Source: Balanoglossus misakiensis
Lineage: Eukaryota > Animalia > Hemichordata
DNA length: 64,000 nt
NCBI GenBank assembly: GCA_040954595.2
Contig: CM082576.2
Coordinates: 12,217,129 to 12,281,128 of the forward strand
Reading direction: 5' to 3'
Made by a program: the position numbers and the translations under genes
Shown here: piece after piece, positions 12,154-25,046 of the stretch
How the letters are laid out: every line of letters starts with the position of its first letter
How positions within the stretch are numbered: position 1 is the first letter of the stretch
Notes under the pieces: model-generated
The model's database searches: none
Told to the model about the DNA's origin: nothing
Seen by the model: only the letters and a program-made list of their open reading frames with translations

Positions 12154-14556
12154 CCTTAAAAATTACAATGGTCTAGATAAATTAATGCTGTATATCCAAC
12201 TTGTTGTATGTAGTATTCTATTAAGCGCAATATCCATTATTCGATACTGTGCCATATGCATATTGACATTTGCTTGCCATACTGACAAGGTGGGAGAGCA
12301 TACGTTTGTGTTTGGAAACTCCTCGTTTGGAGAAACTATTCCATTCTATCTGTATTTGCCGTTTCATATTAAAAACAAATATTCAACAACCACAAAATAT
12401 TTCCAACCGTGTTTCTTATGTAACTATGTAACCAAACCAGTATCAAACATTGTGCATGGTATCGGAGCTTCTTATGGATTCGAAACGTATTTTGTATTCA
12501 ATGTGATTGCTCGCCGCGCAAGCCTATACAAGGCAGCTTGTTTTTGAAGGGTATGAACATGACAATGCCATTTTTGATTCAGGCGAAGCCTTTAACCCCC
12601 AGTTTATAATTTGCTTGAAAAACTGAGTCAACAAACATCAACACGGCACGTTTGATTGCGGATAGGGGCACCGCTAAACACCAGAGACATTTTAGTGTTT
12701 ATTTACACACCAAGGTAACCACAATTCTCCGACTGCAGCAAATCACTGCAGCGGCTTCACGTCTTGACTATTAAACAATCACGCATTCTATTGCAACCAA
12801 TAAAACATCGATCATATGAACGGTAATAAAAGCACAGATTTCCTCTTATTACTCGGCCTAAGGGTTTTTATATTCCCTTTTGCCGTGAGTTGAACCGCGG
12901 AGAAAGGAATTTAAATCGTGTGGGTCACTTGACATCGCAAACTCTGCCCATCAAACGCGAGATTAACTTGTCCTTGTATGAGAGAGGTTGCCGTAAAGAA
13001 GTGCCGTCTGCAGTTAAATGCACACGGAAACAGAGTTGTGTCAATCTATCTGCGACTGGTGTTTTTTCGTTCCGTGAGTGCGGAATTTATTTTTACAAAA
13101 TGAACAAGAATGGCAATTTTTTTTTATCTGTAAGAAAGACGACTTTTTTCAACATATGCAAGTATTAGTATGCCAGACTTGGCTTATTTTCGACAATTAC
13201 AAGGTTTCTACATAAAATACAAAATGACCTACGTCAAACATCTAATCAAATGCAAAGTTAGTTATACCTACACTTTGATACCAATTCGCGTCAAAAATTA
13301 ATTTAATTGAGTGGGATCCCATTAATCAGTGAACATGTTAATATTTTCACGTGGTTTAAATTATGATAAATTAATGAACTGTTGCGGGGGGGGGGGGTAA
13401 TTTATACCAAGAAGTGCGTTTGCAGTACTTGACCCATGGACCCGGTATTTATCAGATTTAGATAAAAACTTGTCGTTACACGTTATTGAAAAATTAAGCA
13501 CACTTACATAATAAATCAACGTTGTTTCGCCGTTTCGCCTCAAGTTTGATACAGTATGTTTGCATTGCTGCGAATCTACCTATACTGAGATACATGGCCC
13601 GGAATTCTCTGCTTGTACTTAAATTAAGATGATACCATGTTTCCGCCAGACTTAGATTTGTATTTTAAAAAATCACAATTCACGTGGCTCGTGGATAGAG
13701 TGTACGAAATTATGTTGTCTCCCAAGCATTCGTTTCTTATCCCCTCCCCCAACCCCCATCCCCACTGTTAATAGACTGTCAACAATATTTCTAGTTTAGC
13801 ACGTCGCCGTAACTTGAAGCACACCCACTCCGCGGAATTGAACTTTCAGGGCGCGCTGCTTTGTGTGCGCAAATCATTCCCGCATTGATTTACTGATTGC
13901 GTTGGAAATTAAAGTTCATTCGGAGTCTGTTTGGCATTTGTGTGTAATAAATGCTCGGGTCTCCATTGTAGGTTTTAATCACACAGATGGAAAACACGTT
14001 CGCCTTAATATGAATACGGACGCTGTGCTGCGATAGCAACGGCGTCGGTTTTGATTTTGAGGACGTTACATTGTCTCTGTAGTACATGTAATTAACCCCT
14101 CCTCACATGCAATGAAAGGATAATATTTGAAAGTCTGATAAAATTTTAATATATCTACCGGAAATATCATTAACGGACCGTTCTGCATTCAATACACGTA
14201 CGATGAACCACGCGGCGTGTTGACCTGAATAATTACCATGGAAACATCGTTCTAAAGAATTTAATGTCTATGGACCTCAAAACGTCATTAGTCTTTGGAA
14301 CCCTTTTTTATTAGCCGCACGTATGAAATTAAATCGGTTTTTATCGGCATTTGTAATGCGATTTTTTTCCTGTTTTGTGGTTTTCGTTTGATTTTTACTT
14401 AAAAATAAGGTTGGCATATTCACACATAAAGCTTTGTCATTGAAACCGTAGAATATACCGCTGTCGATAGACTTTGTGTCTGAATAGATCTGTTCAGCAG
14501 GTGTAAAGTATATCACACACACGTTTCGATTGAAATGAAAGATAAGTTGTATTTAC

Positions 14557-15160
14557 CTGATCCCGGAATGATGAAGTTTAGCGTACAACACACGATGGCC
14601 ATGGGCATCGGCATAATTGGGATGGCGGCTCGGATACCCTTCTCGCTGATTTTGACGTGATTTTGGAATCCCTGCGATTGTCCGTTGCTCTGCGGCGTCA
14701 CGGCATTGATCTGCTGTATTTGCAGTTTGTTCGGATAGTCGACGGACACCACAGACACCCGCGACGGTCGCCTTGAGTGGTGAATATGTCCTCCGTCGAT
14801 CGACAGCTTTCTCGAGTCGACGGACAGTCTTTTCGGGTCGTCCGTCGCCGTTCCTGGTCTCGAGGACGTCGAGACCATCACAGACGGCCGCTTCGCGGCG
14901 CTTCCGGCCGCCCCTTTCCATTTGCTCGCCACGGTTACCGACGGCCTTGGCGACGGCGATGCCCCCGAAGCGGCGGTGGTGGTGGCTGCGGGGACAGCAG
15001 CGGTAGCAGCAGCAGCCGCCGGGTTGTTCTCACTCGTCGGGTTGATCTCCGCTGGTGCCGCCTGGTTTGGCAAAGGTGTCGCAGGTGCGTTCGCTGCCTG
15101 TTCCCCCGTTGAGCTTCCAGTAGTTCCCGCTGTCTTGCTTTTTGCTTTTTTGTCCGCCAT
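14557..15160 (-). CDS. STUM: Protein stum homolog / SPEC3 family, first coding exon (remaining exons not found, probably beyond the window start)
   Basis: The exon ends VKISEKGIRAAIPIMPMPMAIVCCTLNFIIPGSG, matching remembered vertebrate STUM/C1orf95 ([34 protein letters not shown]). Phase-1 donor CAG|GTAAAT at 14557/14556. A long Ala/Pro/Ser-rich N-terminus precedes the conserved part. Confidence 0.88.
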
Positions 15161-17912
15161 CCTTCACTGAGGTTATTATCAAAAGGTCCCTATAATCCCA
15201 CCTGATCAAGCGTGAAAAATCATCAAATTTGCAGGCTTCTCCATCGAGTGTTTCAGTCCAACAAATCGCTCCTGTCGTCTTCTCTGTCAGATTTAGAAAA
15301 CAACCCTGGTAGTCTCCATTTTCATTTCGTTCCGTACGCTCTGAATGCGTAAGACTTCATTACCGTCCTTCGATAAATTGTGGCTGTTCACTGATTACCT
15401 TGGTCTATGCCTTTATTCTACTAATGGATAACATCAGCAGAGAGTGTGCGTGAATAAATCTTGATAAATAGATCCTGGCACAATTTTACCAAGTGATGGC
15501 GCTATACACATTTACGCTCACTGATACATGTACATGTACGTGTCCCGTTTCACCTTCATGACATGCCACTCTAAGTTTACCTATAAACATTGCAATAACT
15601 CCTTGTCGTGTAGAAAACTGGCAATTCGAATCGACATGTTGGTATTTCATACAGGAGCTAATTTCTTCGTTTTCTCCCCGACTATGAGGTCCGAGAAGAG
15701 TTATGCTGTCGAACCGTGGTCCAGCTGCAGCAGTGGAACCCGGGGTTTACGTCTTGCGCCCTCTTGTACATGTGGCGTGACGTTACTTTGTTTTTACCAC
15801 CTGTTGCTGACCAAAGAGTTGGGGAGTTCAACACAGGTGAACAAGCCCAGCATCCCTAATTAGATCCCCGCAACTGTTCGCGCATTCTCATCACATCGCA
15901 TCGCGATGATACGCGCGCCAACGTCGGCGAAGGAGGAACGGCGGCCACATACCACAAACATCCAAATGAGTGGGCGTCTTGGGACAGATTTCAGTGGACG
16001 CCCAGACACCGAGCACCAGGGGTCAAGGCTATCATGCCAAGGACACTCGCTCTCTACCCCCCCCCCCCTCCCCCTGCATTTTAAGATGAATGTGTCTGTA
16101 CTAAACATCAGTATATCGGATTTGGGCCGGGGTAAATATAGAGTAGCGAAACATTAACTCGTAACGTAAATCGGAACTGCCGCCTCGCTGGCCCCTGCGG
16201 GTCAAAGGTGACGCTGATGACTAAACCAAATGTCGAATGCAGGCTGTACAGTTGAACACAGACTGCTTTAAGGGTCATTGTAAAAAAACAGTTAGTATCC
16301 CACGCCAGATATAACGTTAATCCAATTCATTCCATCCACCGGTTGTATTTTATGATGCCTTCCGACAATAAAATATTTATCACCCTTTTTACCCTTCAAA
16401 TTCTTATTTACTAAATAACAACCAGGAATTTCTTTCACGTAGCGTTCTTTTAAAATTGTTGGTTATTTTTTATGTGTAAAATTTTTCGTATTTCTCGAGT
16501 ATATTATGGACATGTAAGATGGGTGGACATTCAAACGCCATTTTACCCTTTCGATTTATCAAATACCTTCGTCACCCGATGCAAACGGACGAGCGCCTCA
16601 AACATCATCGATTGTGCTTAGCTTAGTGTCATTATCTCAAATCACAAACCGGGTCAAAAGTATGAAACACTGATTATTATTTATCGGTTGCTTTTAAATG
16701 AACATAAGATTGTACTCCTACTGCTGTAACTGGAAGTCGGGTTAAATAGGGCTTGAAGGTGGCTAGAGTTTAACCACAGACAACCGCTGAACACGATAAT
16801 ACTGTTTTAGGTACGTGAGTACTTTTGCTTGGTGAAATCTTTGCTCTTTACATATAAGAAATATGCAGTTCGGAAGTCAAATTCTGCTTTATATGCATCA
16901 TGTCGTTTATAGAAAAGGTCAAAGGAACAACTGCGCCCTTGCACTCGCGTTAAATGAGTAAATAATAAAAAAGACATAACAGACGACACACGTCACAAAA
17001 AGTGTAGGCTGAATTCCACGCACGTCGAAGCGCGCTATTTAATTACTGTCCCCAGTGCAATAATCTACAGCTACTGTCGAAAGTGTGACGTCATCGCAGT
17101 CGTATTCAACCAAAAGAATCGATTCAACTCTGTCCTGATGACATATGTAAATACGACATCATAAAGTGCACTAGTTCTGAAAAATAACATGGCTGACTCA
17201 GAAGGAATGTGACAGGGCACCCCACTCCAGTCTAAAATTCTAGCGACTCAACCTATCGTTCATTACAGTAAAAAAAGTATTAGTTTCTAAAAATAGAAAG
17301 GATTACTTATGTTCAAGCAATTGAAATTCTTCTTGGTAAAATATATAATAACCTCATATATTAAAGCTAAAAAAATCGCGGTTAAAACACATTTCTGGCA
17401 GAAAATATAAATATATAATAAACATTTTCCAATGATCGATCGTTAGCAGCCATTTCGATAAAATATTTCTGTAAACCCGTATTTATTTATTTTGGTGGTA
17501 TTCCAGTTAAGACCAAGTTTCTTACTGGATAAAAAAAAACTGGATAAAAACATCTGGAAGTATAAAAAAGATTTACCTAAGTAGTAACTACACGGTACAT
17601 CTTGGCATACCTAATATATTTTATCTGGCAAATAACAATTTCTGAATAATATTTTCAGTAATTAGTATAATTTTTTTCCCTATATTAATGGCAATTCGTT
17701 CAACTATCGACGCTAGGTTTGATTACACTGGTTCTAAAATCAACTGCAGATGTATTTCGGCGACAGAACATGTGGTCCCAGTCTTTATTGCGCATGTCTA
17801 GTCCGGTGTGATTGACAGGTGATGTCGACCCGTTTCTTTCCTGGGCAGAAAAGTTCAAGGCTAAACAGCTGAGTACGGACGACTCTCTTTTTTAATGGAC
17901 TCCACCTTCTAT

Positions 17913-20900
17913 TCAGGCCAGAGTGAGCTTGTTGTTGTTTTCCTTCTCGAAGTAGTATTCCTTGACTTTGGGATAGTTCGCCACCCGGTCCCGGAGAGCC
18001 CTCACCAACGGGATAGTCTTGTACGGGTCTTTCCCTTTGAGATGCGGCGCTACCATGGTGTCGAACATTCCCAAGTAGACCATCAGCATGAGATCGGCGT
18101 AGGTCAACTGGGGAGGAGACACGGGAGAGGAAGTTAAGAGAGAAAGAGAGGGGGGTGCATGATGATGGTTTCGGGCGATTTTCCGTTCGCGAGTGTGTTC
18201 ACTTCGGGTGCAAGACAAGAAATCCGACTCGCCGACAGGAAACAAACAGGCGAGCAGAGAAAAAAAAGCTAATACGGGCTGTTTACATCACTTTGGAAGA
18301 ATGCGACCGATACACTGCATCTTTTGTGGGACGTTGGCTCGTCGCCAACCCGGTATCTAGGTCTCGCCCCTATCAAATCAATAGCGAGACACACCAATCG
18401 CCCACTCTCCATCCATCACGGGCTTTTTCCCACGCATTTTACTAACCGGGTTTGAAAAGTCCCCGAGTGTCAACAATTCTTTGCGCTTCTGACATTTTTT
18501 TCTCTCTCTCCGAAAAACATCTTGTCAGCGCCCATCGGAGCATGTACATGCACGTGGGACGATTTTTGACATATTTGCGACCTTAAAATTCCTAACAGAA
18601 TCGTCGCTTTGAAAATGCGATTCTGAAAAGTTTCACAGGCGCACCTGGTATATCACTGGTTTAATAGTGATCAAAACACATTTAAGGTCTCGCAAAGTGA
18701 ACACAAAACTCTCATATGAAACGGTGGTTCGCCCTCTTGACTTTTTTTACAGGGCAACAGAACACGCACCAAATAATTTCCATTCAGTAGAAGATGTCAG
18801 CCTAACCTCTAGTTGTCGAAGTTAGCTGTTTGTCAACATTAGTTTTTTGTCAAGGGTCATTGGGGTGATTGATGATTGACATCCGGGTACCCCAAAATAT
18901 CTTACACTAATATCAAACATGCGGTACGTATCACGTGACGAATTCCGCGGTGGCGACAATCTCACTTACCGATTTTCCGACGAAAAAGCCCTTTCCGCCG
19001 TGGTTGCTTGCCAAGATCTTCTCCAGACATGCAAAATAGGACTTGAATTCTCCTTCGAAGAAATCATGCGCTACTTTGGGCTGCAAAGTAACATAGATAC
19101 AAATAGAAGTACTTAAGAATCGAATCGACTTTCTTTTTTGCCATCAGAAGTAAAATTCCAGAAAAATTTCATCAGAAGTGTTTTGTGTTGTTTTTCGCAT
19201 AAGAAGAAACAAATTGTTTTGCCTTGATTGGTAGGTACATATGGTCTCCAAAGAATAGTTATTTGGGAAAGATGCCATGGTCCTGTGACAACAAATTTTA
19301 ATGTCACAACAACCACAAAGTTGTACAACGAGGTATTCATAGAATTGGAACGATTATTATTTCGTACTGGTGGTAAAATCTGAACTTATGGAATTTAAAA
19401 TTCTTCAATCTTGTATCCCTAACGAAAAACATTATAAACATCGGTCCAAAGTGCATTGAAATATCATTTACATATATAGCTGATCACGCCAACAAACATA
19501 CATGGATCATGGATGGGAGAATACATCATTAATTGCAATTTTAAAGATCTGATAGAATAAGTGTAAATCGAAAGACCACCAACTACAATAATACTAGAGA
19601 GTTCATAAAAACGATCTGAAATGATATAATCACATGTGGTGTTTCCATATCGATAAATGTACAGAATTTTTTCTGATGAAAAAAAGGCAATTCTGGGGAT
19701 TTTGGAGCAAGTATTCAAGCGCCGTACTAACTGCCTGACGAGAGCGTGTTTTTGTCGCTGTGAAGCTTAAGGGAATAATATCCGACAATTTTGTTCCGTT
19801 TCGGGCGACGATAGATTGGCGAGGCCTTTTCCTACACTTCAATTCACCGGCTCCACTCTCTCGCACTATAGTCGGTATGCCACCATGATAATGCTAACTA
19901 CATCTTTACAGGAGCCAAGGCCAAGGCAGATGCCAACCATAGGTTTTGATGGGCAAAAAAGTTTCGGCGTCTCTTGAAACAGTTTTCGCCTGCATTACAG
20001 TACACATGAGCGCCACAGACACAAACGAATGCGGGGAATAAAAACAACCTACCTTGTCCTCCAACCTGGCTCTGTAGACTTTGCTCAGGCCGAGCGTGAT
20101 GAGATCATCTATGGTGTCATACACCATATCAACCTGCGCCGTTTCCCAAGTATTCGAGCCTCCGAGACCTGAAAGAGTCGACGGAGAGTAAACCTACACT
20201 GCAGAATTCAACTCCGTAGCACAGAAACATAGATTCCCATGCCCTGAAAACACGCTATACAAAATTGCAAATGGAAACGAAATGGTTTGAGCACGCACAG
20301 TGGTGCATCGAACCTGTCTTCGCTCGGTAGCCATGGTTTTGGCACGAAAAAAAGTTCAAGATTCTCCGCTAAAAGTCACCCCCAACAATAAAACGGGTAA
20401 ACTAACCAGTTTCACGTCCAATGTAGCGTATGATTGCGCCACTCTGGGACAAAAACACGCCGTCCAGTTCCAACCAGGGCAAAAATGGCAGTTTCCCAAC
20501 GCATTCATTGCCGCTTATGACGTCTGAAATGCAATAAAATGAAACAAAGTCAACGAAAAGGGATTGGTGTGAAATAAAAACAAAATCGAAGTTAGAGTAC
20601 AAGAAATGCTGGAGATGGGTCCGGTAAACTGGGACCGCACCGCGCACCAATCTGTATAGATATACTAAACAAAAGATGAATAGTTTACAGCATTAGATTA
20701 TCTCGCGCAGTAATTCTTTGGCGCGGCGCCTTTTCTTGCGGTTTTGCGGTTGCCGTGTTTGCGGTCGCACAGCTCGCTGTCACTGAGAAGATATTGATGT
20801 CAGAGGCGTTTGCAACGGAAAATGATATACGGCCTTGGCGCAACAGGTGGTAGGCGAGTGACGCCACCGTCTCTGCAGCCAAAAAAATGATATCCCGGAA

Positions 20901-21386
20901 AAAAGGTGTTCGCGGTGATGAGTTTCGCTTTAAATTTGTAATGCTCGTCGTGTTGGCGATCAAAAGGATGCAGCGATTTATCCCGACGATGTTGCTGTTG
21001 TCACTGCGACGTTGGTTTAGGACAATTAGATTAAAGGGGCGGCCATCATCGACTTGCCCCGGGCCGCCGGGGTGTCATTCTTGCGGCGAGAGCTGAAATG
21101 TTTATCGCATAGTTGGACACCGTGCAAAGGGCAGCCTGCCAACTATACAGAAGCGCCGGCTACTTTGGCAGCGCAGGCCGCAAAATCAATACGTTTACAA
21201 GAATGCATTCTAGAAATAGGGACTGCATCCAGGTGTATACATACTCTGTTTCATTGCTTTCCATTCTGTCAACTCGCTGAAGGATACAACGTGATCGTTA
21301 AACTCAATGCCGCCGATGTACATAGCCAGGCGTATGGCCTCCCCGCGTGCGGGAACGTCGAAGTAGTGCATAGTGTACTCGGACAT
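17913..21386 (-). CDS. Glutathione S-transferase, sigma class (HPGDS/S-crystallin-like), 226 aa, 5 exons
   Basis: Exons 21386-21245, 20523-20407, 20168-20053, 19080-18970, 18107-17913. All introns are GT-AG and phases (1,1,0,0) are consistent, giving 681 nt. Motifs: MSEYTMHYFDVPARGEAIRL (catalytic Tyr), LPWLELDG..LSQSGAIIRYIG, GFFVGKSLTYADL. AATAAA on minus strand at 17784-17789. Confidence 0.95.
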
Positions 21387-21455
21387 GATGTTCGGATGCA
21401 GTGCGTTCAGATGGTCGAGTGTAGGTCTTCTTTGCGTGCTAGTGAGCTTCGGTCT

Positions 21456-21528
21456 GAATGAAACATGGTTCTGGCTTTGCGTCTTATATAGTTTTTTTCT
21501 TCTTCTAAAGTTCACTTAAGTTGAGTCA
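21456..21528 (-). promoter_or_regulatory. GST core promoter: TATA box, Inr and upstream AP-1 site
   Basis: TATATAA at 21490-21484. Inr-like TCATTC at 21461-21456 with its A 31 nt from the first T of the TATA box. TGACTCA at 21528-21522. Confidence 0.7.
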
Positions 21529-24500
21529 TTTCGCAAGAATCTGGGGGGATTTCTCTGCGTTTGTCCACATCATCATTACCATATCTACGGACTTTGCATC
21601 TTATAAGATGTTAATTGGGATCGGGTAAACACAACATTGTTTCAGATTTGCACGTATTCTGGCCCCCGTGCATGAGAGCTGTCCCCCTCATCACCAGGTC
21701 CAAAATACATGCGTACTAGCGCCCCTATTATCACGTCCCTTCCCTATTATGTTCTCAGTGCATGCGTAGTGAAGTCTTTTACTCACGTTCTCGCAAATCG
21801 CGATGCAGTTGACCGAATGACCGCGTGATGCTGTGGACAAACTCACAAAAAATTGACACTCCGTGGCCTTGAAAAAGGAAAATGCGTTGAAACCATGGCG
21901 ATCAAGTGCGTGTAGGTTTGGCGGGGGCCACTTTTTTCCGCGAGCTTCAGACTTGCACGCAACTTCTGACGATGACGAACGGCCACAAGCCGTGGTTTAT
22001 AATGACAGTTTGATTAGTTTTAGGTGAAGTTTGATGATTGCGGTTAACCAGTTTATTACACACCTTCAAGCGTGATCGAGTCCCACAAAAGATCTAATGG
22101 CAACATTAAACTGACCCCTAACCCGCGCAGGCAAAGACACGATATGCACTTTTTTTTAATGTTCGCCGACAGTTGATGCGTCTTTTCTTCCCCATTTACC
22201 ACATGGGCTTGCTGCTCGAGTTGATGTAATCCCTCCACTTTCTCTCTGCATGGCTGGCGCCTCGTGTTTACAACTGGACATGCCCAGGGCAGCCATTCAG
22301 GTCAGCTCGGGCTACGCAACAGAAACCCCGCGCGCACGTCCACTTGATTTGAATACAGCGGCACCCGGATATGCAAATTTATTGCCAGAGAACGGACCAA
22401 ATCTCAGTCGGTGTTTTGCATGTTACGCAAGTGTTCTTAAAATAGAGTACTTTGCATGTATGTTGTCTTTAAGTACGCATGATTTGAAAGCGATGCAAGC
22501 GGTACGAATATTCAAGTAAGATAAAAAAAACATCAGTGTGGACTACATGTGATTTTTTTCATAATATCAAAATGAGAGGCGTATTTTTGCGGAATATGAT
22601 TTGACTGAAATTTCAATGACAAAATGAAAAGCGTTTCAGTTATATCCGTGGGCGCTACTGGCTTCGCTGAGATGCCGAAAGACTGACTGGAGCGACGTCG
22701 CCAAGAATAAAACAAACAAGATCTAAGTTTAGATCATCCATCGTTCACTCTCCGAAAGGTTTCCCAGCAACCTACCGTGAAGTTGGCGCGCGGTGGTAGT
22801 GGTGTCCGGCTTGGTCCTCGCGGGGAGAAACATGAATTTTTAGGAGGATTTGACTTTCAATGCCTGCATTGTTTTCATATTTTTCATCCTACGAAGATTT
22901 TCATGGCCGGGTCATATCCTAAAGCCCCCCCCCCCCCTTTCTTCACCCCCCCCCCTCCCATTGTCCTCTCCTGGCCAATTCCCGAATCAGCCGGTTCGGT
23001 TGATCCCATTTTCTGTACCCGCCCAAAATAAATTTAGCCTGTCCACAAACAACGCAACTTTTAGTTAACTTAAAGTAAAGTCAACGGAAATTCTCTGACA
23101 CGCTTTTCCTCGCATGACCCTTTTCTTCGAAAAAAGGAAGATATGTACTCGCTCACTGCCCACGAATGCGGCCAAACAAATAAATTGACTCGGACACCAT
23201 CCGCATTCCATCGTAACCGGCGCTGGCGATGTGTGTTCTCATTGAAATAAACCCGTTGTCATATTTTAAACTTTCACGGTGATATATTTTATTCCTGCGC
23301 AAGTAATATTAGCTCAATGGGGCTGTTGTACCACGAGGGTTCAACTTCTGGCGGTTCCGGCCGATCCCGGAGTCACCGTTCGGCCTAGATTCCTGTAGAC
23401 CGTGGTCCAAATGCAGAATTTAACGAAATGTCGGTCGAGCACGTTGCGTGCACGTTTTTATTTGCAATTAAAAGAAGTCATGTCTCTGTGAGTGGCTTAG
23501 TTACATAAGTCCTCTTTGGGAGCAAAATGGAAATAAAAGAAACGGCCAGGCACGAATCCGTGCATTTTGTCTTCACGAGAATATAAAACCTAAAAATAGA
23601 ACTTCTTATAACTGGCGCGCTTGTAAGTCAAGTGGGCGCTTCAAGAGGGTGTTGAGTGAACGGTGTTCCACAACGACAACGTGGCAATGTTGATGCAACA
23701 CAAACCAGACGTTTGCATTAATTGCGTACATTTACAACAAGATCAGTGGATTCTCAAACGGAAAAGAGACTGAGAAATCAAAGGGAATCGTTATTTTCCG
23801 GCTGCAGAGCTATCAAAAAAAAGTATTTTTTTTTAATGTGCGCATGTCAGACTTGCCCGGTTGAATCTGGGTCAACACCCAATCAATGCTGGAGATCGAT
23901 TTGCAAGAGTCATTGGCTGCTGAGATCGTCCATGAATTTAAAAAAAACCCTCGAGATTAGTTTGGTAGCCATCAATTTATTGACACCACAAACATTCACT
24001 GAGATACAAATCTTCTGTTGATCCGGACACTTCGACCATGACGTCATCGCCAAGTCGGAGTCACGTTTTCGGGAGTTCTTGTGACTTCAAAAGCCGGGGG
24101 ACTAACCCTATTCCCGGAAAAAAGTTACTAGTAATACATGACATCACCGTAGTCGCATGCGAAGGGACATCTCAACGTAGCACAAATTACTTTATGGCCC
24201 TTTTCCTAAAGTCTTGATTTATCACCGACATTTTGGTGCGTCCGGTACGAATTTCTCCATTGTGAGGCGTTCAATGACCGTAAGAATTATTCCGTCTCAG
24301 TATAGGTGCGCTCTTCCGATTTCTTCTGAAGCCGGTTTAATTTGTATTCGCCGCATTTAACTGGTGACCGCTTGGAACTTTCAGCGAAGAGACATGGCAA
24401 ACTATACCAACAAGACTTCAAGCCCAAAATAACTGACATCTTATGATTAAAAAACATTACAATAGCTCGACTCTGATGACAACTCAAATTTGTTATACGT

Positions 24501-25013
24501 ATTTCCGCGTTATTTTGCTACGTATTGAGTTTCCATGGCAAACATTTCTCATTATATTAAACAGCTAGCAAATAGACTTTTCTTCATTGTACGACTCGAC
24601 ATGATACGATAAAATTCCCTTATATATTTAAACAAACAAAACAATACTAGTTTTTTGAATATATGAATTTCTGTTTATCAGTTAAAATTTTTAAAAAAAC
24701 ACGAATTAGGACATCGTGCCCTATAACCCTAACTAGTGTCTTTGGTTTGATATGAATGCGGTCAGCATGTGAGCATCATCTTAATCTACGCTTTGATTGG
24801 AACTTTAATATCCCAGGCCGCCGGAATCCACTGATTAGGGCTTCACTTGCTGTAGCCTTTCGGGGTTTTCGTTCAGCGAGGCTACAGTTGTTTCCTGTTG
24901 GAATCATTTGAACCACGATGAAGTGGCTGGCTTATCAATTAACACTCACTGCTGTGTGGCAGGCTCTGGAGGTTTTGACAGTTGAATTCAAGCCAGGGCT
25001 GTAGAATTCATCT

Positions 25014-25046
25014 GTCAACACATAGACCCTGGGTCTATGGTCAACA
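25014..25046. mobile_element. 19-bp palindromic micro-insertion with 7-bp direct repeat (P-element-like footprint or minimal MITE)
   Basis: GTCAACA|CATAGACCC-T-GGGTCTATG|GTCAACA read directly. Confidence 0.5.

Noticed and set aside
11981-12547. 188-aa ORF at the array edge
   Set aside because: It starts at TTG, runs through the microsatellite and hairpin of the element head, and has no recognisable domain.
14553-15170. Overlapping and antisense ORFs over the stum exon (likewise over the spectrin exons)
   Set aside because: They are shadow ORFs of GC-rich coding exons.
23310-23348. Pol III A-box/B-box-like pair (tRNA or SINE)
   Set aside because: The spacing is too short, the B-box is degenerate and no cloverleaf can be formed.
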